From: Spirogloea muscicola
Taxonomy: Eukaryota
Direction: 5' to 3'
Assembly: GCA_009602725.1 (NCBI GenBank)
Contig: WELB01000026.1
Coordinates: 987,198-1,037,368 of the forward strand
DNA length: 50,171 nucleotides
Below the pieces are notes generated by a model, which saw only the letters and a program-made list of their open reading frames with translations, was not told the DNA's origin and did no database searches. Both the position numbers and the translations under genes were made by a program. Positions 14,268 to 45,520 of the stretch are shown piece by piece. Each line of letters opens with the position of its first letter. Position 1 is the first letter of the stretch.

Positions 14268-15301
14268 AGCAGTAGGAAGTCAGATGAGCTGAGGGGAGGA
14301 AGAGCAACCCCGCTGCGCAAGCCAGAGGCTGCTGCAAGGGCACGACCAGCGCGGCGATGCAAAGCAAGCGCTTGGGAACGCTGTAGCGACATAGACAAAC
14401 GCATACGGTAGCAGGACACAAGACCCAAAGGCACCGAGCCACCGGGAAGGGCTGCACCCTGTTCCCGGCGCCGCTGGTCAGCTTGAGATGCCAGCAGCGA
14501 AAGTAACGAGGACCACCGACCCCCGTAACACCCATGGATGTCCATGGCCAGGGGGTAAAAGGTATCACCCGCCGGGTGGTCCTTGTACTTGTGCAACTTC
14601 TTCTGTTCGGCCACCTTCACGGCATAGCCGGTCTCAGAAGTTACGGGGCCCTTCGTCCGGAAGCTGTCGGTTAGGACGACGTCCATGAGAAGCCGCTTGC
14701 CACCTCCCAGGGGGACGCCGACCAGATCGACACGCCGCGTCCGAGGGACCCCGTTGCGGAGCTGGACGGGCATCACCCCGGTGCTCTCCAACGCCACTTG
14801 ATATCCCGCCTCCTTGACGATGCCATACATGGCGTCACGTAGGAGGTTGTGGGAGCCCGTGCGCTCACTGCCTTTGGCACACCTGAGCATGTGGTCACCC
14901 ATGAGCACTGCATCATGCTCAATAAGCCCACATTCACATTGGGTCACCCCTGCCAAGCACAGGGATGGTAAGCCAAGACGGCGGCGCATAGCATCGCAAA
15001 ACAAAGCATTTTCCATCCGCAAGCCCGCATGCAAAGGCAAAGCGCGGAGCCACTCAGACGCTCCCAGAGACGAAACAGATAGGAGCCGAGCCTGGCCTCG
15101 AGCATCCCCTTGGAGGAGACTCCGGAGATGCTCCAGTGGTTGCTCGTCTGCAGCACGGGAAAACCGCGATTGAGCCTTAACATCAGAAACGTCAGCCCAG
15201 GCAGCAAAGCTAACAGGCTCATTCACCAGAGGCGGGATATCAAGTGGATCCTGTTGGAGGGACCGGGGCTCCGCCTGCAGAGCGGAGGTCCTGGAAAGAC
15301 T
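14234..15301 (-). mobile_element. 5'-truncated or RT-less CRE-clade (R2-group) non-LTR retrotransposon: CCHC zinc knuckle plus restriction-like endonuclease
   Basis: Intronless open frame 15301-14252 with ARLLS...ASEWLRALP...RRRLGLP, C-x-C-x12-H-x3-C (CECG...DHMLRC), R.xxHN, RVD, MDVV, AEQKKLHKY, FYPLAMDIHGCYG and RLSMSLQRSQA. This is the motif order of RLE-type element C-termini. No RT motif is present. Confidence 0.85.
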
Positions 15302-15829
15302 CTACGGAAACACCGGTCCTCCTGGCTGTCTGTACTGGGCGTGGATTCTAACATGGCCACCCAGGGGCCGGCGGTTGCGCCTCCTCCCATGCAACTATCC
15401 GTTAGGGTCTCTATTAAGGGACTTCAGATCAGCGGACTCTCGGAGGGTGGAGGGCGTGCGGGAGAACTTGACCCTTTCCCAAGCCTCCATTTCCTCATTA
15501 ACACTAGTCAGCCAAGCGGCCGGCCCTGCCAGTGCCGACGCCGCCGGCGCCGCCGCCGCTTCGGGACCGCCAAGAGTGCCCAGCTGGTGCCGGCTTCGTC
15601 TCCCAGCGCGGCCGGTTGCCGCGGCCAAGGGATCACCAGATGTTGGAGCAGCAGCGGCTCAGGAAGCGAGGTCCTCCGGCAGCCCCAATTTGCTCCCTGT
15701 GGTGGACGAGCGAGACCAGCGGTGGCGGCTGCCTGACCTGCCATGGAGGAAGATCAGGAGGACGAGGACTACCCCCGTCAGTCTTTCCCCGCCCGCTAGG
15801 CTGCCCAGCTGCATGCCAACATTGCCACC

Positions 15830-34452
<18,623 letters not shown>

Positions 34453-35023
34453 AGCGCCAAGGAACTGTAGCAGTCCCTCTGCGTTTTATGTTTGATCCTC
34501 GACAACCACTTACAATATTGGCCAGTGACCTGCTGGCTGACCTGGTTTTGGGCGGCAAAGGCACCGCCAGCTTGTGCCAGTGTTCTCTCACTCAGTCAGT
34601 GGCTCCATTTGCGCGTGCTTAGCGACAATACGCACCAAGTTTACGTAGTCATTGCTTTGCAACCCATTCATCCCTATTTGTCTGCTGGCCTTGTGCTTCA
34701 GACCTGGGTTTGTAAATCCTTAAAAGTGATATGGCTTCACCCCCATGCTTCAACCATGCTTAGGCCTCGTCATCCATCTTAACCATCAATCCCAGTAGCG
34801 GTGACTAGATGTCTTAGATATTATTGTCCCCACTTGCTTATGCCAGTGATAGACATCAGAAAGTATGCACTGAGCATGTTGCGTGAGCACTGATAATAGC
34901 AGCATGTGGCTTTTAGTGTGAACAATAAGTACTTGTCCGTAATCATTCTTCCTTCCCGTCTACCTGTTTAGAGCATCGTGAGTGCTGTAGAGAACAGTCT
35001 TGTAGGCTCGGTGCCCTTTCAGC

Positions 35024-37620
35024 TTACATTGGCCGGTCTGGCATCCAACATGCAAAGTCTTCTGCAGCAATCATGAAGGAACTTGCAGCCCGATGGCCTC
35101 CACCTCCATATGCCTGCAGTAGGCAGCATGCCTCGGGCATTGAGCTACACTGATGCAGAGGCAGCACGTAGCCCAAGATGTCAACAAAGACATAACAAGC
35201 AGTCTGCATGGAGCATGGCGGTCGTTTGAGCAAGCGCTCTTACAAACCATGAAGGATGAATATATTACTTGCTAGATGATGATCAAGGCTCTTGCTGGGT
35301 TGAATACCTCAGAGATGGGCGTAGTGTCCTCCTCTATCTCATCCAGGCTTCGCAAGCTGACCTTCAACATCGACGAATCCTGCAACTCTGGCACCAAGTA
35401 CACAACGGCCCCAATGCCCCTGCAGGCAGTATATGGGTAGGGTCAGCGGCCATCGCTGAGGAACCTGAGCCATCCATTAAGGATAGCAGGGCAGGGACTG
35501 CTAGTGCGACCATCAATGCCTGCTCTAAGGCTTTGATGAATCAGTCAAGGTCCACAGCAGACCTGCGGCCATCCTTTCTGCTCTTCTCCGCCAGCTCATG
35601 ACCAATATCGCTCCTCAAGCGGGACAGCGCGTCATCGACCCTCACAGCCTGTGACTTGAAGTGTCGGCAGGCAGCAATGCACTTGAGAGCAGCTTTGCCC
35701 AGACTGAGTTCATGGCTACATATTCAGTGGTCTCAGAAGCGAGAAGAGGCGGTGCACATCTGCAGGCCAAGAGTGCCAGCTGACATAAGCACAAATCTTA
35801 CTATACTACTTTTCTCTCGCACGTAGGGGTTTTGAGAACACTGGAAGATGTACTCACCAGGCAACTCCCAAATTTCCCCTGACCAAGATTGATGGTAAAA
35901 GAAGCTCCAAGAGCTCCATAAATCTGCTTTTGCCTTGGCAGCATGATCTTCTTGCCCATGGCTATGACATCTTCCGGCACCAAGGCTTGCAGCTGCAATT
36001 AGGCCAGTAGGACTTGTGCATGAGTACGACTATCAACAGTTGCGAGGCCACAACTTGCACAAGCACAATGTCACCAATACGCTGATCTCTGATTGACGTG
36101 CAGTGTCTTTTACACGTAAAAGACAACAAACAAAGGGTAGTTGGAAGGCCCAACTGGAAGCACGTGGAGGTATGCATGTCAGCAGTGTGGTTGCAGCCTC
36201 TCATCATTGTGTTTACTAGCAAGAGGGTACTTGCTAGCACAGCACGTTGTGCGCAATGTAGCATGTTGGCAGGCTGCTCGACCTGGTTAAAGATCTCAGA
36301 ATTCTTGTTGGCGTCAAATTCAAGCTGCAGTTCGTTGAGGCCGCTGGTGAATGCCTTGCTATCAGTGAGTCGCCACAACCAGAGGTCCGCATCCTCAATA
36401 TAAGCAAAGAGGCGTCGCAGGCGCTCTATATCCTTCTCAGCAACCAAGTCAGACCCCAGTCCTGCAAACCATTGTGTGAAGTGGGGAGGCACTCAAGCAA
36501 CATAAATCACAGTCCAGCTACTGATCTCAATGCAACTCGGTGCAAGGCATCAGTGCTTTGAGCTGTGGCCTTGTGCAGGACGGGTGCGACCGCAGTGGAA
36601 GGCAGGAAGGAAGTGTTGCTGAGGCAGGCGTCTGTGCCCAGGAGGCGCTACATCTATACCACTTTGTGCTGATACAAGCAAGAAGGGAGCACAACGACCA
36701 CAGACTAAATGCCTCCTAAGGATAGCATAGTCCAGTAACCACATCAAAATCCCACTAAGCTATGTCCAACTACCGTGCTCGCAATTCACAAACTCCTAGC
36801 ACAAAAGCAGAGTGGCCTATGAGCAACAAGGGCCGCCAAATGTCAGCCTGCCTCTACTAGCCCCACTCCAGCGACTGAGGTGGAAGCATGGCCAGCATGC
36901 GCACCTTCAGCAAGCAGCCGCTTCGTGAAATAGTCCATGGAAATGGTAGCGCCGCTCCGGCCGAAGTCGAAGATGGGGCTCAGGTTGGACGGGCACGCGC
37001 CTGGCTCCAAGAGGCTCGCTGCCGATGTCTTGTGGTGGTCCAGCACGACCACACTGCAGCGTGCGGCTGCGGCACTCGAGTCAACGACGGCGCTCTCAAG
37101 AGCGTGTAACCACGTGCAACCCCCTTGATAGAGAATTATTCAGCGGAAGCCCCGCAGCAGGAGGACAGAGGTATCACTGCCGACCCAGATTGCACGCAGT
37201 GTCGGGAACACAGCAGCCCATTGGGAGAGCGCGCGTAGACGGCAGGTGGGTGGCGGCTCACCTGCGGGCATTGGCGGCGAGGTCGTGCGCAAAGCCAGGC
37301 GGCCCGGCGAAGTCGAGCAGGTAGACCACCTCCAGGCTCTGCAGGTCCCCGAGGTCGTCCATTCTGCAACAGCCAGAACGACGGCAGAGTTGCCGCCGCC
37401 TCAGTGCCGCGGCAGGCGTGGAGCCATGGACGGGCCACGGCGGCGCGGCGCCGAGAGGGCTGCACCTCACGGGCGAGTAGACGGTGTTGGGCACGAAGCG
37501 GACCGGCGGCGCAGCGGCGGCGGCGGCGGCGGCGGCGGCGGCGTAGTAGAGGTGGGCGGCGAGCGCGGCGAAGGCGCCATCGGGGCAGGGGTAGTGGTAC
37601 AGCACTGCCGCCCCGCCGCC
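35024..37620 (-). CDS. DHH/DHHA1 phosphoesterase-like protein, 5' end in gap
   Basis: AVLYHYPCPDGAFAALAAHLY, VYLLDF, VVVLDHHKT, FDFGRSGATI, YIEDADLW, RSDIGHELA and GGGGHRAASSF occur across GT-AG exons. Confidence 0.88.
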
Positions 37621-38151
37621 NNNNNNNNNNNNNNNNNNNNNNNNNNNNNNNNNNNNNNNNNNNNNNNNNNNNNNNNNNNNNNNNNNNNNNNNNNNNNNNN
37701 NNNNNNNNNNNNNNNNNNNNNNNNNNNNNNNNNNNNNNNNNNNNNNNNNNNNNNNNNNNNNNNNNNNNNNNNNNNNNNNNNNNNNNNNNNNNNNNNNNNN
37801 NNNNNNNNNNNNNNNNNNNNNNNNNNNNNNNNNNNNNNNNNNNNNNNNNNNNNNNNNNNNNNNNNNNNNNNNNNNNNNNNNNNNNNNNNNNNNNNNNNNN
37901 NNNNNNNNNNNNNNNNNNNNNNNNNNNNNNNNNNNNNNNNNNNNNNNNNNNNNNNNNNNNNNNNNNNNNNNNNNNNNNNNNNNNNNNNNNNNNNNNNNNN
38001 NNNNNNNNNNNNNNNNNNNNNNNNNNNNNNNNNNNNNNNNNNNNNNNNNNNNNNNNNNNNNNNNNNNNNNNNNNNNNNNNNNNNNNNNNNNNNNNNNNNN
38101 NNNNNNNNNNNNNNNNNNNNNNNNNNNNNNNNNNNNNNNNNNNNNNNNNNN
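37621..38151. other. Assembly gap hiding the 5' ends of the divergent DHH and FAD4 genes
   Basis: 531 Ns flanked by GC-rich coding sequence on both sides. Confidence 0.95.
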
Positions 38152-39382
38152 CGACGTCGGCGGCAGCGGCGGCTGCGGGCGTTGCCGAAGCGGAGTCCGT
38201 GAGCAGGGCGCGGGCGGCGCTGGAGGAGGCGGTGCGGCGCAAGGAGGAGATGGGCCTCCACGACACGGCGCTGCGCTCCACGGCCGCGCACCGCGCCTGG
38301 CTCGCCGCCGGCGTCTCCGCCATCCTCGCCATGCTCGGCAAGGCGGCGCTGGCCGCCCACGACGCGCCCTCCGCCGCCTGGGCGGGTGAGCCGCCTCCTG
38401 CCTTTGCTGCGTGCCTCCGGCGCAGCGGCGCCATCGGCAGGTGGCGCGACGCTGCCTGTTGCTGCCAGCTCGTCCCTCCTGATCCAGCAGCGCAAGCTTC
38501 GTGCGCCCCGTCTCGGCAGCGGCGGCCATGGTTGCTGCGTACCTTCTGGCGGATCTGGGCACCGGAATCTACCACTGGGGCGTCGACAATTACGGCGACA
38601 AGTCCACACCCGTCTTTGGGTCCCAGATTGACGCTTTCCAGGTCAGTGGCTGCTCGCTCTGGCTGGCCGCCAATCTGCTACTCAGTGCCCTTTCCGACTA
38701 GCTTAGGGACGTCACCAGGGGGCACGAGTGAAAGGCGATAGACGCTTGATTACATGACTGCCTGGGGCACTCGCTGGTACTGGTCAAGGTCAGCCAGTTG
38801 CACTGTGCACGGGCTTCTAGACGGGGCAATCGTGTTAAAGTCATAGGAGCGTGCTTTGGGCTGACAGACCTCCCCACTGGGGCCCCCGTCTCATCTGCAC
38901 AGGGCCACCATCGGCGGCCATGGACGATAACCAAGCGAGAATTTGCCAACAACCTGCACGCACTCGCCCGGCCCGCCTTCTTCGCGCTGCTGCCTTGCCT
39001 TGCGCTGCCCAGCAACGCCAACGCCGACACCTTCCTGGGCACCTTCCTAGGCTGCGTCGTGTTCAGCCAGCAGTTCCACGCGTGGTCCCACACTCGCAAG
39101 AAGGACTTGCCGCCTGCCATTGTTGCCCTCCAGGACTGGGGCCTGCTGGTGCCCCGCCAAGTGCACGGAGCACATCACCGGCCACCATTCAATGTCAACT
39201 ACTGCATCGTGAGCGGCCTATGCAATTCGCCGCTTGACCACTCTGGCCTCCTTCCTGCACTGGAGCGACTGATCTTCAATGTGTGGGGCGTGGCGCCACG
39301 GTGCTGGGGTGAGACGCCACCAGATTGGTGTGGAGACGAGACTTACTTCGAGGATGGCACAAATGCTGATAACATAGCGTGA
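38152..39382 (+). CDS. FAD4: FAD4-type fatty acid desaturase (TMEM189/Kua domain), 5' end in gap
   Basis: AYLLADLGTGIYHWGVDNYG...PVFGSQIDAFQ|GHHRRPWTITKREFANNLH, FSQQFHAWSH and HGAHHRPPFNVNYCIVSG, the histidine boxes of FAD4. Confidence 0.92.
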
Positions 39383-41575
39383 TGCTGCACGACTTTGCTC
39401 TCATTTGTACTAGGAATGGTCAGCATTTTATTCAGACAGGCTAATCAGCCACTGAGAACCGTTGCTGCATTCACTCCCGCTTCGCTGCCCAAAGCATGTT
39501 GCCTCATCTGCTTATGCTTCGCAGAGTTTATATATGATATAGGCAAGTTCGTCAGTGACATAACGGCAACACAAGAGCGCTTGTGTGTTGCCTCATTTGT
39601 CTCGTCAAGTTCATTGGCGTGGGCCCATTGGCCTGCACTGTCATTGGCCACTTGCATAATGCTCTGAATACACTTGTGTGAAAGTTTTTGTCCACAATGG
39701 CCGACACATTCCTTTGTCGTTGCTCTTCTTTACAGTCAGAGAGCCCAAACAGTTTGAAGTAGCTGATTGAGAGCACAAATGCTGTAGCCAGCGCACACCA
39801 AGAATATCACTGCAACTTTGGGACTGTGATTTCTGCGCAGCAGCTGCAGCACCACATCTACAAAGATGGCCAGCTCCCAAATAGGGTGCATACATGCACT
39901 CTGCTGGTATGGTGACTTAAGAATGTAGTATAAGTACATAGCACACATATTTGCAACCAGATTCAGGATCTTCAGGCACTTCAGGGCCTGCTGATGAGGT
40001 TATTGAGTCATGTAACTTCCTGCCTAACCGTGCGGTGATACCCAAAACTTGCAATTGAACCTTCCTCTGCCAACTGTTTGTAAGCACCGCATTGAGGGCC
40101 ATGGAATTCCCTATGCAGGCATACCCGCCTGTAATGCCACAGTTCAGCAGCATAATGGAGTCTTCGCTACCAACCTCCAGCATCTTCAGGCGGAAGCTCT
40201 TATTGTGCAGTCTGCTTGCACGCAGTTATTGAATGTGGGCTCGTCACCTTGTCACTGCTCTGATCCACTCACTCAAGGAGGATAAGCGAAATGCTTTCAG
40301 CACCTTGGCAAAGCTGTGTGACATGCCGGTGACATGTTCCTGTATGGCACAGCATGGGTAGATTTGAAAAAGCAGCTGCACCTGTACCTGCAACGCCACC
40401 TGCACCTCCACCTCCACCATTGTCAGGATAAGCTCAACAATCTCTTGACAACCCATTTACTGTAAGTAATCGCAACCATTTACGACCTACCGCTGCGGCA
40501 AGGTCACGCTGGCTGAGCTGAATATGGATTGCTTAACATTGACAGTAAGGCACTGAGCACTGAAGGCCAATGCTCAGGAAGATGCTGCTGGAATCACTGC
40601 TTCCTTGTAGTTGTACTGTGCACCGCATAGATAGCATGTCTGCATGCATGGCATCATTGACTCTTTCAATAGCTCTGCAGCACATACCTCTGTAATCCTA
40701 GGAGCTAGCCGGAAGTGTGAAGTACGGCTTCGTGCTCTCCGCCTGGTTCTTGCTGGGGGGAAACTGGAAGCTGATGGCTTTTATCATGCTCCGCACCTTG
40801 TCATGCTTCTCGGGCTTCTCGGGCTTCTCAGCCGTGGAGACGACCGAGGGCCCTGCTGCCGGGCCTGAGCCTGCAGAACACAAGAGAGCCTCTCAATGTG
40901 GGTACTTTGGCAGGCTACCTTTTGTCACAGTAGCTTTTGCAATGCCCTTCTAGGCCGACCTGTGCCCCAAAGGAGGTCCGTTTGACGACTCAATTGCTGG
41001 GTGCACTTCCCTTCAAGGTCAAGTTAGAGTAAGCAGCCCCAGCAAATCCATCCCCTTGAGTGACAGGAGTCAGTTGCCACAAAGAGAATGAGGTTCTCGA
41101 CCATCGACTATGGAGGAATAACCCAGGTGCGACTCTGCCCTCACCGAGAAGACCCCCTCCTTGCTCAAGCTCCAGTATGACAAAGCATTATTCAACCCAA
41201 GCATTATGCAAGGATGAACAATGATGCTTTTTCTGGCAGAGATTGGTGGCACCAGAGGCTTGAAATTCTGACGACACCTGTGCAAGGAGTGTCGGTGACG
41301 GTTGCGAGCGGTTGGCGAGCAGCAAAGCCGGCCTCACAACCCCTAGACGCTGTGAACCCCTAGACTCTGACAGCGCCAGCCTATCCAGGTAGACTTGCTT
41401 CTGGACTGCAAGGCCGCTGACACCCCAGTGACTGACAACTAGCATTGTCGCGGGGCACCAAGTGAGTGCCAGTGGATTCTGTGACACAAGTTAGTACGCA
41501 AGGACACCCCTTCCTGCCGCATCGCGCTGCAATGCCAGCGGCCACCCCAATTGGGGAGGCGGTAGAGGCGCTCAC

Positions 41576-42079
41576 CAGGCTTCCTGGCGGAGCTGGAGTC
41601 GGTGGTGAGGATGCTGGCGGCGGAGGCGAGGGAGTTGGGGTTGAGGCGGTTCTGGAGGCCGCGGAACATGCGGTCGGCGTCGCGCCACCCCTGCTCGCAC
41701 ACCTCGTTGCCGGGCTGCAGGTCCGCGCCGCGGCGGTACGCGCGCGCGCTCTCCTGGTAGCGGCCGAGCGCGTAGAGCGCGGCGCCGAGGCGTGAGTAGC
41801 CCTTCTCGTAGTACGGCGCGATCTCGATTGTCCACTCCGCGTCCAGAACCGCCTCCTGGAACTGGCCCAGCTTGAAGTAGGCGGCGCTGCGGTTGCTGTA
41901 CAGAATGTGGCTCCGCGGCACCAGCTCCAGCGCCCGCGTGTAGTACTCGATCGCCTTGGCCGTGTCGCCGCGCGCGAGCGCCACGTTGCCCCGCTCCTTG
42001 AGCGCGCTCGCGCGCCCCACCGCCAGTGCGCTGTTGCCGCCGCCGCCGCCGCCGCCGCTGCCCGCCTTCGTCGGCGTGC
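41576..42079 (-). CDS. TPR-repeat protein (three TPRs, STI1/SGT-like); main exon only, other exons unresolved
   Basis: ASALKERGNVALARGD..KAIEYYTRALELVP...LYSNRSAAYFKLGQFQEAVLDA...P.YEKGYSRLGAALYALGRYQES..AYRRG. The exon is bounded by CAG| and |GTGAG. A possible downstream exon lies near 40870-40700. Confidence 0.8.
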
Positions 42080-43038
42080 CTGGTTATGTCCGGTACGGCG
42101 CTTGGTGTGCGCCTGGTTGGCTTTAGCAGTTCTGGCTATCTTTCGTCTAGGGAACTGCTTCATTTATCTTTCCGGCAACTAGTCGTTCTTACCTCCGGCT
42201 ACTAACTGGAATTTACTGAGTGACTATCCCAACATAGCCCTCGCTTAGTTAACACGTTCAGCGCTTTTCGGCTTTTCGGTTTCGGCGTTTCGACGGCGGC
42301 GGGTGCGGCGGCGGCGGCGGCTGCGGCGGGCGGGGCCCGGACAGCCTTGCCTGCGCCCAGAAAAGGCAGAACGCGGCCTGAACGGGGCCCGACGAGGACG
42401 CCGACGGAACGGCGCCGCCCCTCCGCCGCTTCCCCGCCGCTGCCCGTGCTTGGCCGTGCGGCCTGCCATCGCCAGTCGCACCGGGCTGCTGCACTCCCTG
42501 GCCACATTAAGGCCCTCCATCACTCCAATACACACGCCATTTCCTGCAGCCCGTTGTTGGTCTCCCCATCACTTCCGTTAAGATCGGCAGCCGCGTTCTT
42601 CCCTTCATCTCCTTCCGGCTCCTTGGCACCTTGTTCATCCTTTCGTAACAGGACATTTGTAAGGCCAGAATTGGCCTCCCTTTCAATTTCGTGCGCACCG
42701 CGCGCCTTCTCTCTCTCTCTTTCGTGGGCTGGATACTTCCAGCCTTCGCCCCCTTTTGGTCGAGCTGCTTGTACTGCAACCATTCACCCAACACCTCGTC
42801 CGATTTCCTGGGCTGAGCCTGCCACAGCCACCGCCGCCATCTGGAACAGCCTATCCATGCGTCATCACGCAGGACCAGCGGCTGCAAGTCTTTCTAGGTC
42901 CACCCGGAAATCCACCAACAACATACCCTCCAACAGTGGCCCTCAGAGTTGCAGCGTTGCACATTGCTCACTGCATCTGACTGCTGCTCGTCCCAAACAG
43001 CACGGGCAAGCTTCCACCTTCCAAAATCAAGCCCAGCA

Positions 43039-45520
43039 TCAGGTGGGCAACTCGCCGCAGTCATACAGGGTGTGGTCCAAAAAGTGGGCTACAGGAAACA
43101 CACGGGGAATGGCCAGATTGTCCCGTATGTAGCAAACCGGCACGTATGGCAGCTGCAAGAGGCGGCCCATGGCGTTGGCCCTCAGTGTCAGGACGGCGCA
43201 CCGTCTCAGCCGTTCCTTTTCATATCTTTCCAGGGCCGCATTGACTGTCGTACCCACATGCACCTGATGATGAGCTTTCGCTGGCTGCCTCTTGCCACTG
43301 GCTTGACCCCCTGACGAGCCACCAGCAGCCACCATCAAACCAGCAGCTTGCTTCACCGGCACGCTAGCCAAGGGTGTGTCAGCCAGCTCTCTGGCCAAGA
43401 CAACTGAATCCTCAAGGGCAGTGCAGGCGCCTTGGCCAAGGTTTGGTGTCATAGGGTGTGCGGCGTCCCCTGCAAGCGTAATCCCCCCTCTGCCCCACCT
43501 CACACCCGGCAGCGGCAGCAGCCACCGATCCGTGATGTCGGACCGAGTAATCTGCTCCTCAGATGTGCAGCGTATGGGGTCTACGATCTCCTGGGGCCAC
43601 CCCAAAACCGAGTCCAATGCAGCCTTTTTCATCGCTGCAGGAGTCTCATCTCGCACACCTGCAAGGGTTGCAACAACAAGGCACGTATTTCCACCAGTGG
43701 CGCCCAGCACAACCTAACGGCAAGCGGTCTACTTTTCTTGAATAAGAAGCGACCTCAGCAATGAGTATGTCACTCTCCTCACCTGGAGGCGAGTTAAACA
43801 CGGTGAACCAATAGACTTCCTGGGCATTCAGCGGATACATGCCGGCACGGACTCCTCGGCCAAGCGCCTGGCATACTGTGCCCCCCAGCGAGTGACCTGC
43901 TGGCATGTGGCTGACCCCTCGATAGGCAGAGTAACCAGCGTAGTTCACATCCTTCAGGCCCAAATACTTGGCCACTTTTGAGTTCGCCCCGTCGCACCCG
44001 ACGATGACCTGTAAGACAATCTAATGAGCTGCAAGCACGAACTACTATGGAGGACCAAAAAAGAGTCCCAATAATGCCAGCTCTTGAACTTGCATGTCGG
44101 CATGTTGCAATGCAGGCAAGCAGCACAGCCTTGCCGAGGTAGAATGTAGGTTGACCTTTGCGTTGTACTCCTCGCCGTCCTCTAGCGCGACCCTGTAGAT
44201 GTGGTCTTGTGAAGACCCAGCAATGCTGCTCACACGGGAGCTGAAGCGGATGGTGTTGGGCGGCAGGCCCGTGGCCAAAGCCTGCAAGAGAGCCACGCGA
44301 TGCACTCCTCTGACCTCGTGGGGTCTGCAGTGCCACGTGCAAGACAATGCGCCAACTTGAGGTCTTACGTCCAGCACGACCAGCTCCGATCGTCACAAGG
44401 GCCAGCTGCATGCTCCTCACACCCCACACCCATATGCAGGTGAGCCGCTGGGGAAGAGGGCAATGAGCACACACCCGCCATCGCATTCGGCAAAATCAAA
44501 TGCCTTCAGAAGACGTCCATCACTGCTGCACAGCTCCACCCTGAGGGGCAGGATAGTACAAGTTGTGATGTTGCCCTCCAAAAACTGCGGCAGCAAGGCT
44601 GGCTCTCATGAGCAACATGCGGCCCATGCCTTGGCTGGTCGTCCAACCTTCCTTTGGCCGGCCCCTCACCTGGTCAGAGTTGTGTATTGACTTCTGAGAC
44701 TCTCGCCTACACCCAGAACGTCCAGAGCGCGCCAGGCATTGCCCCACAGGCTCAGTGCTGCGCCGCCCTCCCGCAGGGCGGGTGCCCTCTCCAGCACTAC
44801 GACGGGGATGCCAACCCTGGCTCCACGGCGTGGCGGGCAGCATCAACCGGGCCGACTCAAGCCCCAACAATCTGAACTTCAAGCCTGAGGTTAATACCTG
44901 ACACAACAATTGCATTTAGGTTTGAATCGGTGTAAGCGGGACAGCTTGCAGGTCTGCCATTGTATCGCAGCAGCGAATAGTGACGATAGCACACAGAGCG
45001 CAGGAAGCGGCTCGTGGCTGACCTGGTGAGCGCAAGGGCTGTCGAGAGGCCGGCGATACCGGCCCCGACGATGACAACCTCGGCAGTCGCAGAGGCAGCC
45101 CGCACAGCTGCCGACTTTGCAGGCCTGCAGGGCGGTGGCCGCCGCCGCGGCGCGGCAACCAAGCCGCTGCGCTGGGCACTCTGCAAGGCATCAAGGAGTG
45201 CCCGCAACCGCGGCCCTGACAGCCCACCAGCACCTGGCGAGGCCGGCAGTCGGGCGCTGCCCTGCTGGGCGCTGAACCTGCGCGCCGACGAGAGGGTAGG
45301 AGCCAGCAGTCACGGTTTTGCCGGGCGAGGCAGAACTCTCGCTAGTGTGACGCTCGGCGGTACGGCCGTGGGCCTCCTGCGGCCTTCGAGCGGCACTGGA
45401 GGCCGCCGCGACGGGCCCACGGCGCGCTCGGGCTCGGCACCTCGGCAGCTCGGCGGAGCCGCGCGACGCCGCCGCCGCGGCGCCTGCGCGGCCGCCGCCG
45501 CCGCCGGGAAGCGCAGCCAT
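43039..45520 (-). CDS. FAD-dependent monooxygenase (FAD_binding_3; plant monooxygenase/CTF2-like)
   Basis: VVIVGAGIAGLSTALAL (GxGxxG), VIVGCDGANSKVA (DG motif) and ITLAGDAAHPMTPNLGQGACTALED (GD motif). The start at 45520 is tentative and needs an intron at about 45440-45278. Confidence 0.88.

Noticed and set aside
14219..15331. 11-bp inverted repeat AGACAGCCAGG/CCTGGCTGTCT bracketing the RLE ORF as possible TIRs
   Set aside because: The match is short enough to be chance, there is no TSD, and the protein is not a DNA transposase.
15365..15395. GGCCGGC...GCCTCCTC resembling the start of an HDV ribozyme
   Set aside because: It is on the wrong strand for the element, and no P1 3' strand or J4/2 was found.
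37136..38741. 300-480 aa ORFs spanning the gap
   Set aside because: They stay open only because Ns contain no stops. The flanks belong to the DHH and FAD4 genes.
39900..40480. Short ORFs between FAD4 and the TPR gene
   Set aside because: No recognisable motif or consistent exon chain. Likely UTR or intergenic sequence.
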